Of a DNA stretch of 64,000 nucleotides, positions 1 through 14,342 are shown one piece after another (position 1 is the stretch's first letter; the number at the start of each line of letters is the position of its first letter). The stretch is from Octopus vulgaris (lineage: Eukaryota), in contig OX597817.1 of the NCBI GenBank assembly GCA_951406725.2, forward strand, positions 107,942,001 to 108,006,000, in the 5' to 3' direction. The notes below the pieces were generated by a model. It searched no databases, was not told the origin of the DNA, and saw nothing but the letters and a program-made list of their open reading frames with translations. Made by a program: the position numbers and the translations under genes.

Positions 1-475
1 CTTTGGGTAAATTATAAAGTTGACAGTATCTTATTTTCTTTTGCAAAGTATTAAAATGTGCATGTCTAGTTAAAGAAGAAATTAATTAATATTGTTGATA
101 TTGAAAATGGCGAACATTGTAATCTCCGGTGCTTGCTAAGCCCTAACATGGTAGTCCTAACACTTTATGGTTATAGACTATTTAACTTCATTGAGGTCGC
201 TCATGTCTCTTAGCTACACAGCCTTCTCAGTCCTTGTGGATTAATCCAGAAATCAGTCTGATTCGGGAATAACGAATTAAAAAAGAATTCTTTTAGCTTG
301 CTTTCCTCGTTTTGCATGTGGTTAGACGGTTTAAGGTCTATTTTTCAGCATATTGGATGGGAAATTTTTTTCATTTGCCCTTATTTATAATTATTTATAA
401 TTTCGCCTTGAAAGGTATTTTAATATGCTGGCCACTGATAGACCTTTTTTGAAAATATTTATTCTTATATCAGAC

Positions 476-561
<86 letters not shown>
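476..561. repeat. (TA)n microsatellite
   Basis: Pure TA run. Confidence 0.98.
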
Positions 562-564
<3 letters not shown>

Positions 565-1718
565 AACTCTGTATAATCTTTGTTTCAGAAAATATTGATT
601 CTGAGCTTACTCAATAAATGAAGCGGCATGCCGAGCATAGCGATTTAGAAATATTTCGATTTTAAAAAGTTGCCAGACTTTTCGTCTGTAAAGTTTTTAA
701 GGCGCTAGAGACTGAAGATGGAAACGTATCACCAGTATCAAAGTATAAAAAGCATTCTAAACACTCTGAAATCATCAGAACACCTGAATTTATCCAAGTT
801 CAACAGACCATTGATTACAACCCCAGTAAGTCCATGAGGTCAATTGCAAAATATTTCCATATGTCAGGAGGAACAGTCAGAAATGTTGTCCACGAAGACA
901 TCAGATATAAGTCTTACATGATGAGGAGAGGTCAATTTGTCAGAAAAAAAAACAAAAGAAAACCACTACATCAGCTCTAAAAGGCTCTTAAACAAACTGA
1001 AACATCCAGCAGAAGAAAATTTGATTTGGTTTTTCTCAAACGAGAAAAACTTCGACCAAGATCAAAAAGTCAACAGAAGAAATGATAGATAGTTATGTGC
1101 AGACCATTCTGAAGTTCCAAGTGTTATGCATACAAAATTTCCTGAAACTGTCATGGAAGCAATGAAGGACATGTGATGCATCCTTACTTCTTTCCACAAG
1201 GCCTTAGAGTTAACTCTGCCGCCTACATTGAGGTCCTGGAAATAATTGTTAAGCCCTGGATAGTCAGCGTATGCAATGGAAGGCCATGTGTGTTTCAGTA
1301 AGACTCTGCACTATCACACATGACTCTAGCAACACAGGAATGGATGGTTATGATCACATAACCCCTAATATTTGGCCTCCTAATTCACCAGATCTCAATC
1401 CATTGGACTATTACACGTGGAGCTTTGTTGAGAGAGTGGTCAATGAGCACGCCCATAACACCAAAGATTCTTTGAAAGCAGCCATAGTCAGAGTAATGCC
1501 CAAAATGAACCAGGACCACTTGATTCGAGCATGAAGATGATTTAGATCTCACATAGAATCAGTTGTAGAAGCTGAAGGTGGCTTTATTGAATAACATTCT
1601 AGAAAAGGTTTCTTTTCATTCTCATAGCATTTTTTGATAAATAAAGTTATCTGTTACTATATATTTGTTTTATTTTTTTATAAACATAAATCTGTCCTCA
1701 AATATCTTACGCACCCTG
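562..1718 (+). mobile_element. Decayed Tc1/mariner-superfamily (maT/DD37D-like) transposon, left end missing
   Basis: Fragmented transposase motifs FSNEKNF (~1030-1055), VFQ*DSA (~1290) and WPPNSPDLNPLDYYTWS (ORF 1271-1534). Ends with ...CTTACGCACCCTG followed by TA, a typical right TIR. Confidence 0.85.
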
Positions 1719-1735
1719 TATATATATATATATGT

Positions 1736-1767
<32 letters not shown>

Positions 1768-2307
1768 TTGTGCCTGCGTGAATGTGCGTGTGCATGTGTG
1801 TGTGTGTTTGTGTGTGTGTCTGTGTGTATGTATCATAAAACTTGCTATTAATGTTTCTTCTATCGGCTCTTAAATCATCATTTACGGCCATCACAATTTG
1901 CAATTAGTATTTTCATGACGCCCCAACACATCACGTTTAGAAATGTCTGAAAACATAATAAATCCATTAATGAATACACGGACAGCTGTTTCATTGGGAT
2001 TTATTTGTTATATCTCTTTGGCTTGGTAAGGTTAGAAAATTCTAATGTAAATCTAAGTTATTGATTCCCAACGGCTCAGAGATGATTAAATAAGCGTCTT
2101 TACTTGTGCTACTGAGGAATTTTTGTATCTTTAGCTGAAAAGAAGATAAGCTTAGAAGAATTATAAATTATAGGATGTGGTAAGAGCATGAAATAAGAGG
2201 TAAGCTTCCAAACTTCGATTCGAAGTTGTTGCTAACCAGTAATCCTAACTCGAGCCAATGTATGAGGCCTGTATGAAGTCGCTCTAACAGATATAATTGT
2301 CGTCAAA

Positions 2308-2503
2308 GGCGGTGAGTTGGTAGAGCCATTAGCGCACCGGGAAAAATGCTTAGCGACATTTCGTCCGTCTTTATGTTCCGAGTTCAAATTCCGCCAAGGT
2401 CGATTTTGCCGTTCATCCTTTCGGGGTCGATAAAATAAGTAGCAATTGAACACTGGGGTCGATGTAATCTACTTGAACTGTGACAGAAATTGTTGGCCCT
2501 GTG
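2308..2503 (+). mobile_element. tRNA-derived SINE, family B
   Basis: GGCGGTGAGTTGG head, GAGTTCAAATTCC B-box and TTCATCCTTTCGGGGTCGATAAAATAAGTA body; repeated many times in the window. Confidence 0.85.
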
Positions 2504-3829
2504 ACTTAGTGAAATCTCTCTCAAATTTCAGCCTACTCTCTTCACAAAAACCACAAGTATAATGTTCATCTGGATACAGTACTTGAATAATTCATGGAGT
2601 GAATGTTTGGTCATAGGTCTGCTCAATCAAAGCCGACCTTTGGCCAAACAACAGCCACACAAAAAAAAAGAAAGAAAGAAAGGATTGTACACGGATTAAA
2701 TAAACATTTTATTTTATTTTATTGTTAGTCTTATTGAAAAAGGAATAGTTATAAATAAATGTTCTCACGCCTCACATTTGTTACTCCTGATTTGACACCT
2801 GCTACCTACTAATTTTCATCAGAAACGATAGTTCGTCTCATTAATTAGCAATTTCGTCGTTAATGATTCACGAATCTTCCATTTATATTCAGATTTAAGA
2901 CTTGAAGATTTATGTTAGAGTGCAGAAGAGAAGTTTTATATCTATAGATTTCTCGATGCAAGTTTTCAACTAGACAGAAGAAAAGGCCTCACCTAGATTA
3001 CTATTGAGGTATTTTGTCCTTCACCGCCTTTTTTTATTAATGTAAAAACAAAACTGAATTCGCATCCGAACAATTCTTCTGTCTTTTTCTATGACGTCGG
3101 GTAAGTTTTAAAAATTTAAAACTATTTTCAACCCTCTTAGCACAATCTTTATGAAATCCATTTAGCACAGATGATAGGAATTACTCTCTTGAACAATTAG
3201 GTTCAAAGGTGCTGTACCTAAATGCCATACGCAAAAATGAAAAAGAAAAACAACATAAAAGACAAAATTCGTATTTGATTGAAAGTAACTTTTACGTACG
3301 GCATTGTTTAAACCTAATCAAATTCATGACATTAGCCTATTTGAGCTATTTCCCATTGCACTCTTCTCCATTTTTTGGGTGGGGAGGCAGTTCATAATTG
3401 TTGGCGGTTGAAAGGAAAACATAGGTGCGGAAGAAATGCTTGCAGGATTGAGGGTAGTTGGGAATGATCTCGATGAACTGAGGGGGCTAAATATCCTGAG
3501 AAGGTTTATGTCGAGTAATGGATAACACAGAAAAGTTAAGTTTGATTAGGCTGTTCGACTTGTCTCATTCATTCATTGAAGCTAAAGGAAGTTGAAGACA
3601 GAGAAAAAACAAGTATACAGAAGTTAAGTTATGAACTAGTAAACACCAATTTTCTGTGAATGTATAAATAGATTAAGTCAGGGTAAGAGCAAAGAATCTT
3701 AATCGACTAGACCATTCACTAACAATAACAACAACAACAACAACGACAATCTTAGAAACATATTTGGAGATACATCGGAATTGAAATGTTTTTCTTCTTC
3801 TTCAAAACAAATATTTTATCTTTTATTTT

Positions 3830-5110
3830 CTACTTCTTTCAGTAATGAGACTACTACCGTACTGGGACACCAACTTGAAGAACCTTTAATCGAATGAATC
3901 GATCCCTATTCCTTGCTTTTAAAGCCTGGTACTTATTCTCTTAGTCTCTTTTGTGAAACCACTAAGTTACGGAAACGTAAACACACCAGCATTGATTGTC
4001 ATGTGGTTGCTGGGAGAAAACACGGACACAAAGACACACACAAGCACCTACAAACACACACACACACTACAACACATACACACACACACACACACACAGA
4101 GGGTGTGATGGGTAAATTGTCGCCATTTTATATTTTTTAATTCGTCATGTACATTGTTTGTTTTTGAATTTATCGATTACACAGTATAGCAGGGTCAGTT
4201 GGGCACCTGAGAAAAACAGCACCATGACGCAATTAACTCTGTCAGAAATTTGGAAACAACATGCTGTACTGCTTGGCATTCACACCGGAAGCTCTAATAC
4301 GAATATTTCAGACTCTGTGTGTGACAATCTGAGGAGAGTGCAAATTGAGAACATGTTCCGAGAGTGTTCAAAATCAAACATCCAGTCGACATCATGGTTT
4401 TTGGAGTGATCACTAGTGATGGCAATGTTATGTCTTCGTTCATCTTCTCACACGGCCTCACACTCAACACGGAGGCCTACAAGAAGTGCCTGGAGGTGGT
4501 AGTGCTGCCCTGAATCAAGAGGGTAGCTGCAGGAAGACCCTATGTCTGGCAACAGGACTCTGCACCATAGTCATGTCTGTAAGACAATTTCTGCAACCAC
4601 ACCACATCTGGCCACCTAACTCCCCAGACTGCAACCCCCTTGATTATCATGTGTGGGGCACAGTTGAGTGAGAGACCAACAAAACTCCTTATAACACCAT
4701 AGATGAACTGGAGACAAGGATTATGGCAGCATACACCAGCTTAAACAAGGAGACAGTCCTGAAGAGTTGCAGAATATTCCTAAGTCGTCTAGAGGCCGTC
4801 GTTGAAGCGAATGGTGATTTTATTGAAGAAATTTACTCTTTAGTATTACAAGATATTTCTATGTAATTTTGGTACACATATCTGTTAAAATGAGATGTCA
4901 GTGTTATTTTCATTTTTGCGTAATTTAGACGACAGTTTATTCACCGTACCTGTATATATGCGATAGGGTTCTTTCAGTTTCCGCCTACCAAATCCACTCA
5001 TAAGACTTCAGTCGGCCTGAGGCTATAGTAGAAGACACGTACCTAAGGTGTCACGCAATGGGACTGAACCTGGAACCATGTGGTTAGAAAGCAAGCTTCT
5101 TACCACACAG
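3830..5110 (-). mobile_element. tRNA-derived CORE-like SINE, family A, split by a DNA transposon
   Basis: Reverse complement of the 8225-8630 element: 3' half at 3830-4096, 5' half at 4953-5110. Confidence 0.8.
4097..4952 (+). mobile_element. Internally deleted maT/DD37D-like transposon with both TIRs
   Basis: Left CAGAGGGTGTGATGGGTAAATTGTCG and right CGACAGTTTATTCACCGTACCTG|TA are imperfect inverted repeats. Contains WQQDSAP and WPPNSPDCNPLDYHVWG motifs. Confidence 0.85.
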
Positions 5111-5861
5111 TCTCTTAGCTGAAGCTATTTGAAATCCTAACGCTGTTCTACTCTCCATCCTATTTGCTGTTGTTGTTTAATCTTTCTTTTGTCTGTCCTG
5201 TGTATCATGTGTGATTTATAGGACATATTTCTCTGTCGTCTATGCATCATATACGATGCACATTCTCGATTATGTTTTTCATCCACCAGAGTAACTTGGG
5301 ACTTATGAAAGGAAAGCTTTATATTATTCAAAACGTATGAAACAAAGGTTAATTCGAAGCCTGAAAACAAGCATGGGCGTTTTGGACTAAAAAATGGGTT
5401 GATTTAAACTTCCTTTTTCTATATGTCTTGCATCATGTAAGTGGCTTTTCCCTCTGATGTATATAAACCAAACTGCCCTAACTACGAAATCAGATAATGG
5501 TTTGTCGTATAGACACAAGACCAAGTATTTGAGAAAGTTGCGTGGTCACTCAGATCGATCGCTGTACTTGCTTTTGCTTGTTGCATTATTTTATCGACTC
5601 CTGAAAGTTAAAAGGTTAAGGCGACATCTGCGTGTTTTGAACTCAAGACGAAAAGGGAGCGTAACTACATATTGTCAGCCAGTTCAACTGACATTCTATC
5701 AGTTCTGCCAATCCACCGTCCTTGTTGCTGTTTAGTCCTCCTCTTAGTCAGGTCTGATCGAGCAAATCTATAATCAAGACGTTCGTGTCGTCACCATCCG
5801 ACTCGTCCTTTTGTGTATCTGAGACTACACAATTCGTTTGAAGTCCAGACAACTATTTTTA

Positions 5862-6546
5862 ATACAGGCTCAAGACCTGAAATTTTAGCCGGAGGAGATT
5901 AGTTGATTAAATCGGCCTCTGCTGGACTGGTAATTAATTTTTCGATACCGGAAGGATGAAGCAAATTTGACTTCGACAGGATTTAAACTCAGAACGTGAG
6001 GGGCGGAAAAAATACTCTGGGGTATTTTATCCGGGACTCTAGCAATTCTGTCACTCTGTCATCCTTTTTGGAGCAATGATAAGCCTTTCTAATTTTGGCA
6101 CAAGACCAGAAATTTTGAGGGGGTCAGAAGAAGTCGATTACATCGACTCCCAGTGCTCAGCTGGTACATATTTATCGAACCCGAAAAACTGAAAAGCAAA
6201 GTCGATCTCGGCAGTGTTTGAACTTAGAACATAAGGAACCGGAACAAATGCCACTAAGAGTTTTGTCCGGCGCAGTAACGATTCTGCTAGCTCGTCGCCT
6301 TTTTTGGAGCAAAGATTATCTTTTCTACCATAGGCACAAAGCCTGAAATTTTGGGAGGGAGGAATAGTCGATTACATCGATCCCCAACGTTCAGCTGGTA
6401 CTTATTCTATCGGCTCCAAAATGATGAAAGGCAAAGTCAATTTCGGCAGCATTTGAACTCACAACGTAAAGATCCGGAAGAAATGTCACTAAAAAAAAAC
6501 AAGATTCGTGGCCGATGTTGTTAAGATTTTGCCAGCTCGCCGCCTT
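5862..6546 (-). mobile_element. Three head-to-tail SINE family B copies
   Basis: Three reverse-complement SINE-B bodies, each followed by a CTTTTTGGAGCA-like spacer. Confidence 0.8.
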
Positions 6547-6989
6547 TTTTGAAGCACAGATAATAAAATAGAGCGGCTGTTAATGTGATGCCGATATTAC
6601 GTAAACGAAACAATGCAATTATTATTCATAATACAAAGAAAGAAAGAGAAAGAGATGGGAATCGGGGAGAGAAGAGCAAAGAGAAATACAAAGAAGACAG
6701 GCAGACAGACAAGGTAAGCGGGTTTGTTTATTTCAGAATTGTATTTATAAATTCAAGATAAAACAGCTAAAAGACGTCATTCTTAGATGAATTAGAGGTT
6801 AAGAGGTTTTAGATTATGTATAGAATAAAATAGAATGGAAAATGTTACCGCAATATCTAACTTTCTCACTGCCGTGACTTTCAACCTCTTTCTTCCCTTC
6901 CCCCTCACTTTCTCTCTCTCTCTCTCTTTTCTCTCTCTGTCTTATTCCCTCTATTTCCTTCTCGCTCTACTATCATTATTGTCATCATC

Positions 6990-7510
6990 GTGAGCGGTGG
7001 CGCCTGCGACGGCGTCGTCGCCACCACGACCATAACGCCGACTATCACCACCACTCCCACCGTCATCACTACCACTACCACCACCACCACCACTACCACC
7101 ACCACCAGCACCAGCACCACCACCACCACCACCACCACAACCACCACTACCACTGCCGCCGCCGCTGCTACCGCTGCCGCCGCCTAACTTGTTGCACCAT
7201 TGTTTCTAGCTACATCCCCTACATCACCATTCGCATTTTGTGGCCAACACTACCTTGACGACGACGACGACCACCACCACCACCACCACCACCACCACCA
7301 CCACCATTGCTGCCGGTGTCACCACCATCGCTACCTTTAGGAATAATAACTTCATCCTCCACTTCCTACCACTTACATGTACATTTCTTTTGCTGCCATT
7401 TCCATCACTTAACTCCTGCGGTCACCACCACCACCACCACCACCACCACCACAACCACCACCACCACTACTACCAACGCCATAATCAACATCACCACCAC
7501 CAACAACATG
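6990..7510. repeat. (ACC/CAC)n trinucleotide low-complexity region
   Basis: Several ACC runs; the ORFs here are poly-T, poly-H or poly-V artefacts. Confidence 0.9.
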
Positions 7511-8224
7511 AACAAGAAGAAGATTAAGGACACTGACCTGCTTCCATACTCATTTATAGTCACGTGAATGAAGGTACGGTAGTGAAAGCTTCCAAATCCT
7601 CTTTAACGATTTATTTATGTTAACAACATTGTTATGATACAAACATTTTTCTCTCTGGGTTACTTCCTTCAGTCATTATTTCTTTCTGTAGTTTAGCAGC
7701 TTTTTCACACACTTACACTCATATTCATATACACTCATATCTACATATACATGAAATCTTCCGTAATCCTCAACAGGTCAATGGGTCACTACTGAAGACA
7801 GTTGTTTGTATGTTTATTAATGCCATACTACACTACACAGACTGTATCAAGATATTTTTTATTCAACAAAGTATATCTTAAAACGACTGAAAGAATATAT
7901 GTTTTGGAATTCCAACTACGTTTCGTGGTTCGCTACCTAAAGAGCTCCTTTATAGGACCCAGTGAATAAAGACATCATAGGGAGGAACCACGTCCGATTT
8001 CAGCCCGTCCCCTACTCCTCTACCGTTTTCGACGTGGCGTCACCCACTTTTTGGACGTGTCGTCAGCTCTGGTGTGAAGATATTTTGTGCCTCCAGCAAC
8101 AGCAGGTCTCATGTGTCGCCTATATTGCTAAGTGCAATAGTCGACGTGAAACCAATGGTAACTATTTGACCGGTTATATGCCAAAGCAAGAATATATTAC
8201 TCGACTGTAATATATATATATGTA

Positions 8225-8733
<509 letters not shown>

Positions 8734-8913
8734 TGTTGTATTTAGGGATGGTCATGTTGCCACTTTACCTCCGCACACCTTTGAGCAACATCAAATTCAC
8801 TCGTCCGCCCACAGACACTCTCCTAGCTTGCCTATCATTTATAAGCTCTCTTCCCTCTCTCACTCCAGCACCACTAACTACCAAAGCTTTCCTCACTCCA
8901 CCCATCTATTCAA

Positions 8914-9287
8914 ACTGAGAGAAGAGCAGGGATTGGTAACGGCTCAAAGAGTCATGGAGAAGTCAATGCCTGGAATCTCGTTGAGAGAGCACATCAGTAG
9001 CGAGGTCATCAGTCAGAAGTCCGGTGTGAGGGATGTCATCGTAGAATATACACGCAGCAAGTTTAGATGGGCTGGACACGTCGCCCAGCTCACCGATAAT
9101 CGGTGGACCCGCGCAGTTGTCGTGTGGTACCCGCGCGAGCGGAAACGACCAGTCGAAAGGCCTCCAAGACGGTGGAGTTACGATTTTATGAGGAAGGCGC
9201 GATCCAGAGAGGAGTGGACGGCATGCTGTGACCAACGGTGTCAAATTGACGCCCGACGGACTGGTCAGTCATGGTGAGGTGATTGAG

Positions 9288-9290
<3 letters not shown>
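8914..9290 (+). pseudogene. 3' fragment of an RTE-clade LINE (RT C-terminal region)
   Basis: LVTAQRVMEKSMPGISLREH...KFRWAGHVAQLTDNRWTRAVVVWYPRERKRPVERPPRRW is a typical RTE C-terminus; short GAGGTGA-repeat tail follows. Confidence 0.85.
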
Positions 9291-9329
<39 letters not shown>

Positions 9330-9364
9330 CATATATACATACATATAAACATACATATATACAT

Positions 9365-9404
<40 letters not shown>

Positions 9405-9483
9405 GAATATATATATATATATATAGATATATATATACATACATACATGCATTCATACATACACACACACACATACACACATT

Positions 9484-9529
<46 letters not shown>

Positions 9530-9758
9530 ATAGAAATATTAAAATAACTAAGTCTCTCTAAAAGAGAACAGCGGCAGCGTTCCCGGAAAATAATAGTTAT
9601 CGCCATACTAATATGGCATTCTTATAAAAATAAGAAAAAAGCTGTCCGCTTATTAGCTCCATGAGGCCATCGCCTTAAGTTAGCTATTTGATACACAAAC
9701 TGTATCCATATAACCTTCGAACAAGGGAGGTCAGTCGCTCCACACTACTTGACCGGCA

Positions 9759-9800
9759 GCTACAGACGCGTTTCGGGGTATTGCCCCTTTTCAATGCAGC
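9759..9800 (-). ncRNA. Type I hammerhead ribozyme (U3-A8 core variant)
   Basis: Reverse complement reads GCTGCA TTGAAAA GGGG CAATA CCCC GAAA CGCG TC TGTAGC. Confidence 0.8.
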
Positions 9801-9980
9801 GTAGCCAGCCAGTAGGTGTCGCTTCCGACAATCTCTGTTCGATGGTTTTATTTACCTAGTTTCGGTGGAATACATCTTAATATTTCTATTATTGAAAACA
9901 AGTGGATGTATTCCACCGAAACTAGGTAAATAAAACCATCGAACAGAGATTGTCGGAAGCGACACCTACTGGCTGGCTAC

Positions 9981-10021
9981 GCTGCATTGAAAAGGGGCAA
10001 TACCCGAAACGCGTCTGTAGC
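9981..10021 (+). ncRNA. Type I hammerhead ribozyme (U3-A8 variant; one C missing in stem II)
   Basis: GCTGCA TTGAAAA GGGG CAATA CCC GAAA CGCG TC TGTAGC. Confidence 0.75.
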
Positions 10022-10341
10022 TGCCGGTCAAGTAGTGTGGAGCAACTGACCTCCCTTGTTCGAAGGTTATATGGATACAGTTTGTGTATCAAATAGCTAA
10101 CTTAAGGCGATGGCCTCATGGAGCTAATAAGCGGACAGCTTTTTTCTTATTTTTATAAGAATGCCATATTAGTATGGCGATAACTATTATTTTCCGGGAA
10201 CGCTGCCGCTGTTCTCTTTTAGAGAGACTTAGTTATTTTAATATTTCTATTATTGAAAACAAGTGGATGTATTCCACCGAAACTAGGTAAATAAAACCAT
10301 CGAACAGAGATTGTCGGAAGCGACACCTACTGGCTGGCTAC

Positions 10342-10383
10342 GCTGCATTGAAAAGGGGCAATACCCCGAAACGCGTCTGTAGC
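10342..10383 (+). ncRNA. Type I hammerhead ribozyme (U3-A8 variant)
   Basis: Stem I GCTGCA/TGTAGC, stem II GGGG/CCCC, palindromic stem III ACGCGT, GUC cleavage site. Confidence 0.8.
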
Positions 10384-10703
10384 TGCCGGTCAAGTAGTGT
10401 GGAGCGACTGACCTCCCTTGTTCGAAGGTTATATGGATACAGTTTGTGTATCAAATAGCTAACTTAAGGCGATGGCCTCATGGAGCTAATAAGCGGACAG
10501 TTTTTTTCTTATTTTTATAAGAATGCCATATTAGTATGGCGATAACTATTATTTTCCGGGAACGCTGCCGCTGTTCTCTTTTAGAGAGACTTAGTTATTT
10601 TAATATTTCTATTATTGAAAACAAGTGGATGTATTCCACCGAAACTAGGTAAATAAAACCATCGAACAGAGATTGTCGGAAGCGACACCTACTGGCTGGC
10701 TAC

Positions 10704-10745
10704 GCTGCATTGAAAAGGGGCAATACCCCGAAACGCGTCTGTAGC
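10704..10745 (+). ncRNA. Type I hammerhead ribozyme (U3-A8 variant)
   Basis: Same motif as 10342-10383. Confidence 0.8.
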
Positions 10746-10911
10746 TGCCGGTCAAGTAGTGTGGAGCGACTGACTTCCCTTGTTCGAAGGTTATATGGAT
10801 ACAGTTTGTGTATCAAATAGCTAACTTAAGGCGATGGCCTCATGGAGCTAATAAGCGGACAGCTTTTTTCTTATTTTTATAAGAATGCCATATTAGTATG
10901 GCGATAACTAT

Positions 10912-10952
<41 letters not shown>

Positions 10953-11243
10953 TTCAGGATTTAAGTCAGTCATGTACCTAAATAGTAAAGCACCAAGTTC
11001 AAGTCAAACAATTAGCAATCATGTACAAAACAAAATTAGAGGAACATATAGGTACATACCAAAGTACAGACGGATTAATATTCCAGTAGCATATACGATA
11101 ACAAGCGCCCAACTGTTTCAAGGTTATACGTAGGAACATACACTGCACCAATTGTACTGCACTTAATAGATTCCAGATCTATATTTGCAGGTTTCGAGTA
11201 AGGTAAATAATAAATAAATAACAACAGATGGAAATTGCTTCAT

Positions 11244-11337
11244 TAACTACAGCTGTTTCAAATGAGTTTTTTAAAATTTATTTATGAAGAGAATTGCTAC
11301 ATCATCCGAAAAATAAACCCCGTTTTCATCAGTTGAA
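11244..11337 (-). ncRNA. Decayed hammerhead motif with long stem II
   Basis: Reverse complement: CTGATGA AAACGGGGTTT...AAACTCATTT GAAAC AGCT GTA. Stem I is poor. Confidence 0.45.
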
Positions 11338-12149
11338 TATACACGAATTAAACATAAAAAAAAAACATTCCAAGAATCAACATTATGTGCCACTTCATGA
11401 TTCCTGGTTATTGTGACTTAGTTCTTTAGGAAGAGTGATAGTAGTTCAGGGGTTTGTTTGGATACACATATATAGATATCGTTATGTAATCATCATTACA
11501 TTAAGATGCTCTACGCTTTCAGTTTTGATTTATTTAATTATTTCATTAAATTTAAATAAAATAGTTTAGATATATTGTACGTGTATATGTATTTGCGCGC
11601 GTCTATGCGTGTGCATGTGTGTGTGTGCGCGTTACTTCATCTTACCATATCTGGAAGAACAATATAAAGAAACGGTATTTTCATATAAAATTCCTGTGAT
11701 TTTCCGCTTGACCTTTGAAAAATGTCACGTTAATGATATATTTTAAGATTGCAAGATGTTGTTTGTCAGTTATTTTTGATAAATTGGCACGTTGCCGACC
11801 ACTTTATTAAATCGTCGTATTATTCAGATTTGTTGACTGACGTCAGGGTAAGGTAATTGTGTGTACGGCTGTTGAGGGTTAATTGATCCTCGAGACTCGA
11901 AATCTTGCTCGGGTGGTCTTTTGAGGTTGGGATTCTAAGTCAATCTAATAAGGCAGTACATGTCCTCTCGATAAGAGCCGTATCTACAAGGTGCTGATGC
12001 TGGAAATCACGAGAACAAATTTGCTGTGGGTGAACGAATCAACCCTGAATGGAAATGCAGTTAGCAAAACACCTCTTGCTATGCAGTAAGGAAATCTGTA
12101 TTTGTTAGTAAGGAGGCTGCTTGATGTAAATTAATCTCGATTTTATTTA

Positions 12150-12420
12150 ATATATTTCTTTATTAGCCATACGGAGCTGAACACAGAGGGGACAAATTAC
12201 AAAGTAGAGCTTTTCTTTTTTTTGGGGGGGGGGGGGGGGGAACGGGGTAGGTTTTCGATCAAAAGGGATCGTAAAAAAGAAAGAAAAGAAACGATCAATA
12301 GGGATTGTGTATCAGAGAAATGTCATGATGTAAAGTGTAAAGGGGGAAACAGATAAGGTTTATCCATGGCAAGAAAAGCCTACGGAAAAGACCACGGTAA
12401 CCTCGGTCAATCATGTCACA
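12150..12420 (-). mobile_element. 3' UTR fragment of an L1/Tx1-like LINE
   Basis: Reverse complement ends TTGTCCCCTCTGTGTTCAGCTCCGTATGGCTAATAAGAAATA. Resembles the 3' end of 16588-17125 and one SINE-B tail type. Confidence 0.55.
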
Positions 12421-12431
12421 TAGTAGAGTCT

Positions 12432-12785
12432 CAATTCTGTCATCCTTTTTGGAGCACTGATAAGCCTTTCTAATTTTGGCACAAGGCCAGAAATTTTGAG
12501 GGGGTCAGAAGAAGTCGATTACATCGACTCCCAGTGCTCAGCTGGTACATATTTATCGAACCCGAAAAACTGAAAAGCAAAGTCGATCTCGGTAGTGTTT
12601 GAACTTAGAACATAAGGAACCGGAACAAATGCCACTAAGAGTTTAACGATTCTCGTCGCCTTTTTTGGAGTAAAGATTATTTTTTCTACCATAGGCACAA
12701 AGACTGAAATTTTGGGAGGGAAGAATAGTCGATTACATCGATCTCCAATGTTCAGCTGGTACTTACTCTATCGGCTCCAAAATGT
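12432..12785 (-). repeat. Local duplication of 6053-6423 (SINE-B copy, junction and part of the next copy)
   Basis: Shares diagnostic substitutions and the inter-SINE spacer with 6053-6423. Confidence 0.85.
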
Positions 12786-14309
12786 TGGAGCTAGCTTGTC
12801 GGCTAGGAGCAGAATGTTTTGGGAAAGTTAGCTGAAATAGATATCTGTTGTACACATTTCGTCAGCAAAACTTTTTTAAAGGAAAGTTTTTAAAACTATA
12901 GATATTACTTATTAAATATAAAAATTAAAACTGCTAATTCAATGCATTGAATTCAGTATGTAATGACTAATACTTTTGTTAAATTGCAATGCAATTGGCC
13001 GTTTTTGCGGGGAATACTTTGCCATCAGAAGCCTCACCTAACTAATTAACCTAACTCTGACGTTGAACTAGTAGCCACTGTAAATAGTTTTAATCAGCTT
13101 GTCAAATGCATACAATGTCACCAACATTAGCATAACAATTATATCATATCTCCAGAACACAAATCAGTTTAATTCCTTAGAAAATTACTTCTAACACCAT
13201 TTGCGAGGTTTGTTCAGTATCAGTTGTCAAATCACTTTCTTTATTAATTGAGTTTGAAATACATGTGTAGCTTGCACTTGATTCACCATTGATATTTGTG
13301 TCGTTGTTTATTTGATCTGCGTTGTTTATTTGATCTATTCACCGTAGGACTAATCACAGCTGTATTATTCCTGCTTGAGATATAAATCTAGCTTGTGTAT
13401 TCATTACTTCTGTTACATCGATACAAAGCTGGAGCTAGAGCTTCATAAATCATTGTTATTGGTGATTATATTTCTCTGCATATCAAAGCTGACGGACTAA
13501 GGAGTCTTCCTGGATGAGGGTTTCTCCGATAACTCAAAAGCACGCTGCTCAAATATACATATTCGTACTTGAGGTAAAGGATGTACGACACAACAGTGGC
13601 ATTCCCGGTTAAATAACAGCAAATTTCACTAGCTGATTCAGATATGACAGAAGTTTGACTGCGTTACTTGGCTGTTACAAGAAGTTTCAGGACATTAATG
13701 ACAAAAAACAACAAATAAATTACAAAAAATTCTCAGGACTTGAGGAAATGAATTTTGCAGTATAGAATCCGCGGCAATATCATCGGATTAAAAAAAAAAA
13801 AAAACTGATAGCTAGTGAGAGGATCAGATTACCATATTAATCTAGAACAGTTATAACAGCCTCTCCTGAAAAAAAAAAAGCTTTGAAACCTCTGGAGTGC
13901 ACCTCGTATGACGATAATCTCTGTAAAAATCAACACTATTAGCGTTAATATACAAGTTCGCACGGCAGTCAGGACACAAGTACCTCAGAACTTCTTGATT
14001 GAACTGAGTTCAGCACCAACAATCCTATTCTTTTTTTGTCTTTTTAGTATGAATTAGTTTAGTAGATTGAATTTGATCCTTCATCTGTCCTGTGTATCGC
14101 ACGTGAGAACATATTTGCCTAGTATCCAAGCATCATATATGATACGCATCGCCGATTTGTTCAACCACCAAAATAACATACGCGCACACACTAGTGATAA
14201 TAAGTCTTTCTGGCCTTTAGATAACAATATATATCTTTAATGTTGGCTACCTAACCCTAATATTTACTTATTCCGCGCGTCCATATGTCTCTCTTTCTCT
14301 CTCTCTCTT

Positions 14310-14342
<33 letters not shown>

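Larger units (their letters stand above)
9527..10917. mobile_element. HHR-containing 362-bp repeat array: one inverted copy plus about 2.9 tandem copies (retrozyme or non-autonomous Penelope-like)
   Basis: Minus copy 9527-9876; plus copies start at 9877, 10238 and 10600. Copies are near-identical and flanked by (TA)n on both sides. Confidence 0.9.

Noticed and set aside
1978-2085. Hammerhead relic on minus (GAAACAGCTGTC)
   Set aside because: No recognisable CUGANGA half.
10040-10110. HDV-like ribozyme (GAC CTCCCTT GTT...GCTAA) in the 362-bp unit
   Set aside because: P3/L3/P4-like pieces are present, but I could not form P1 and P2.
13505-13555. Hammerhead relic (TGGATGA GGGTT..AACTC AAAA GCA CGC TGC TC)
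   Set aside because: Core damaged and no stem I.
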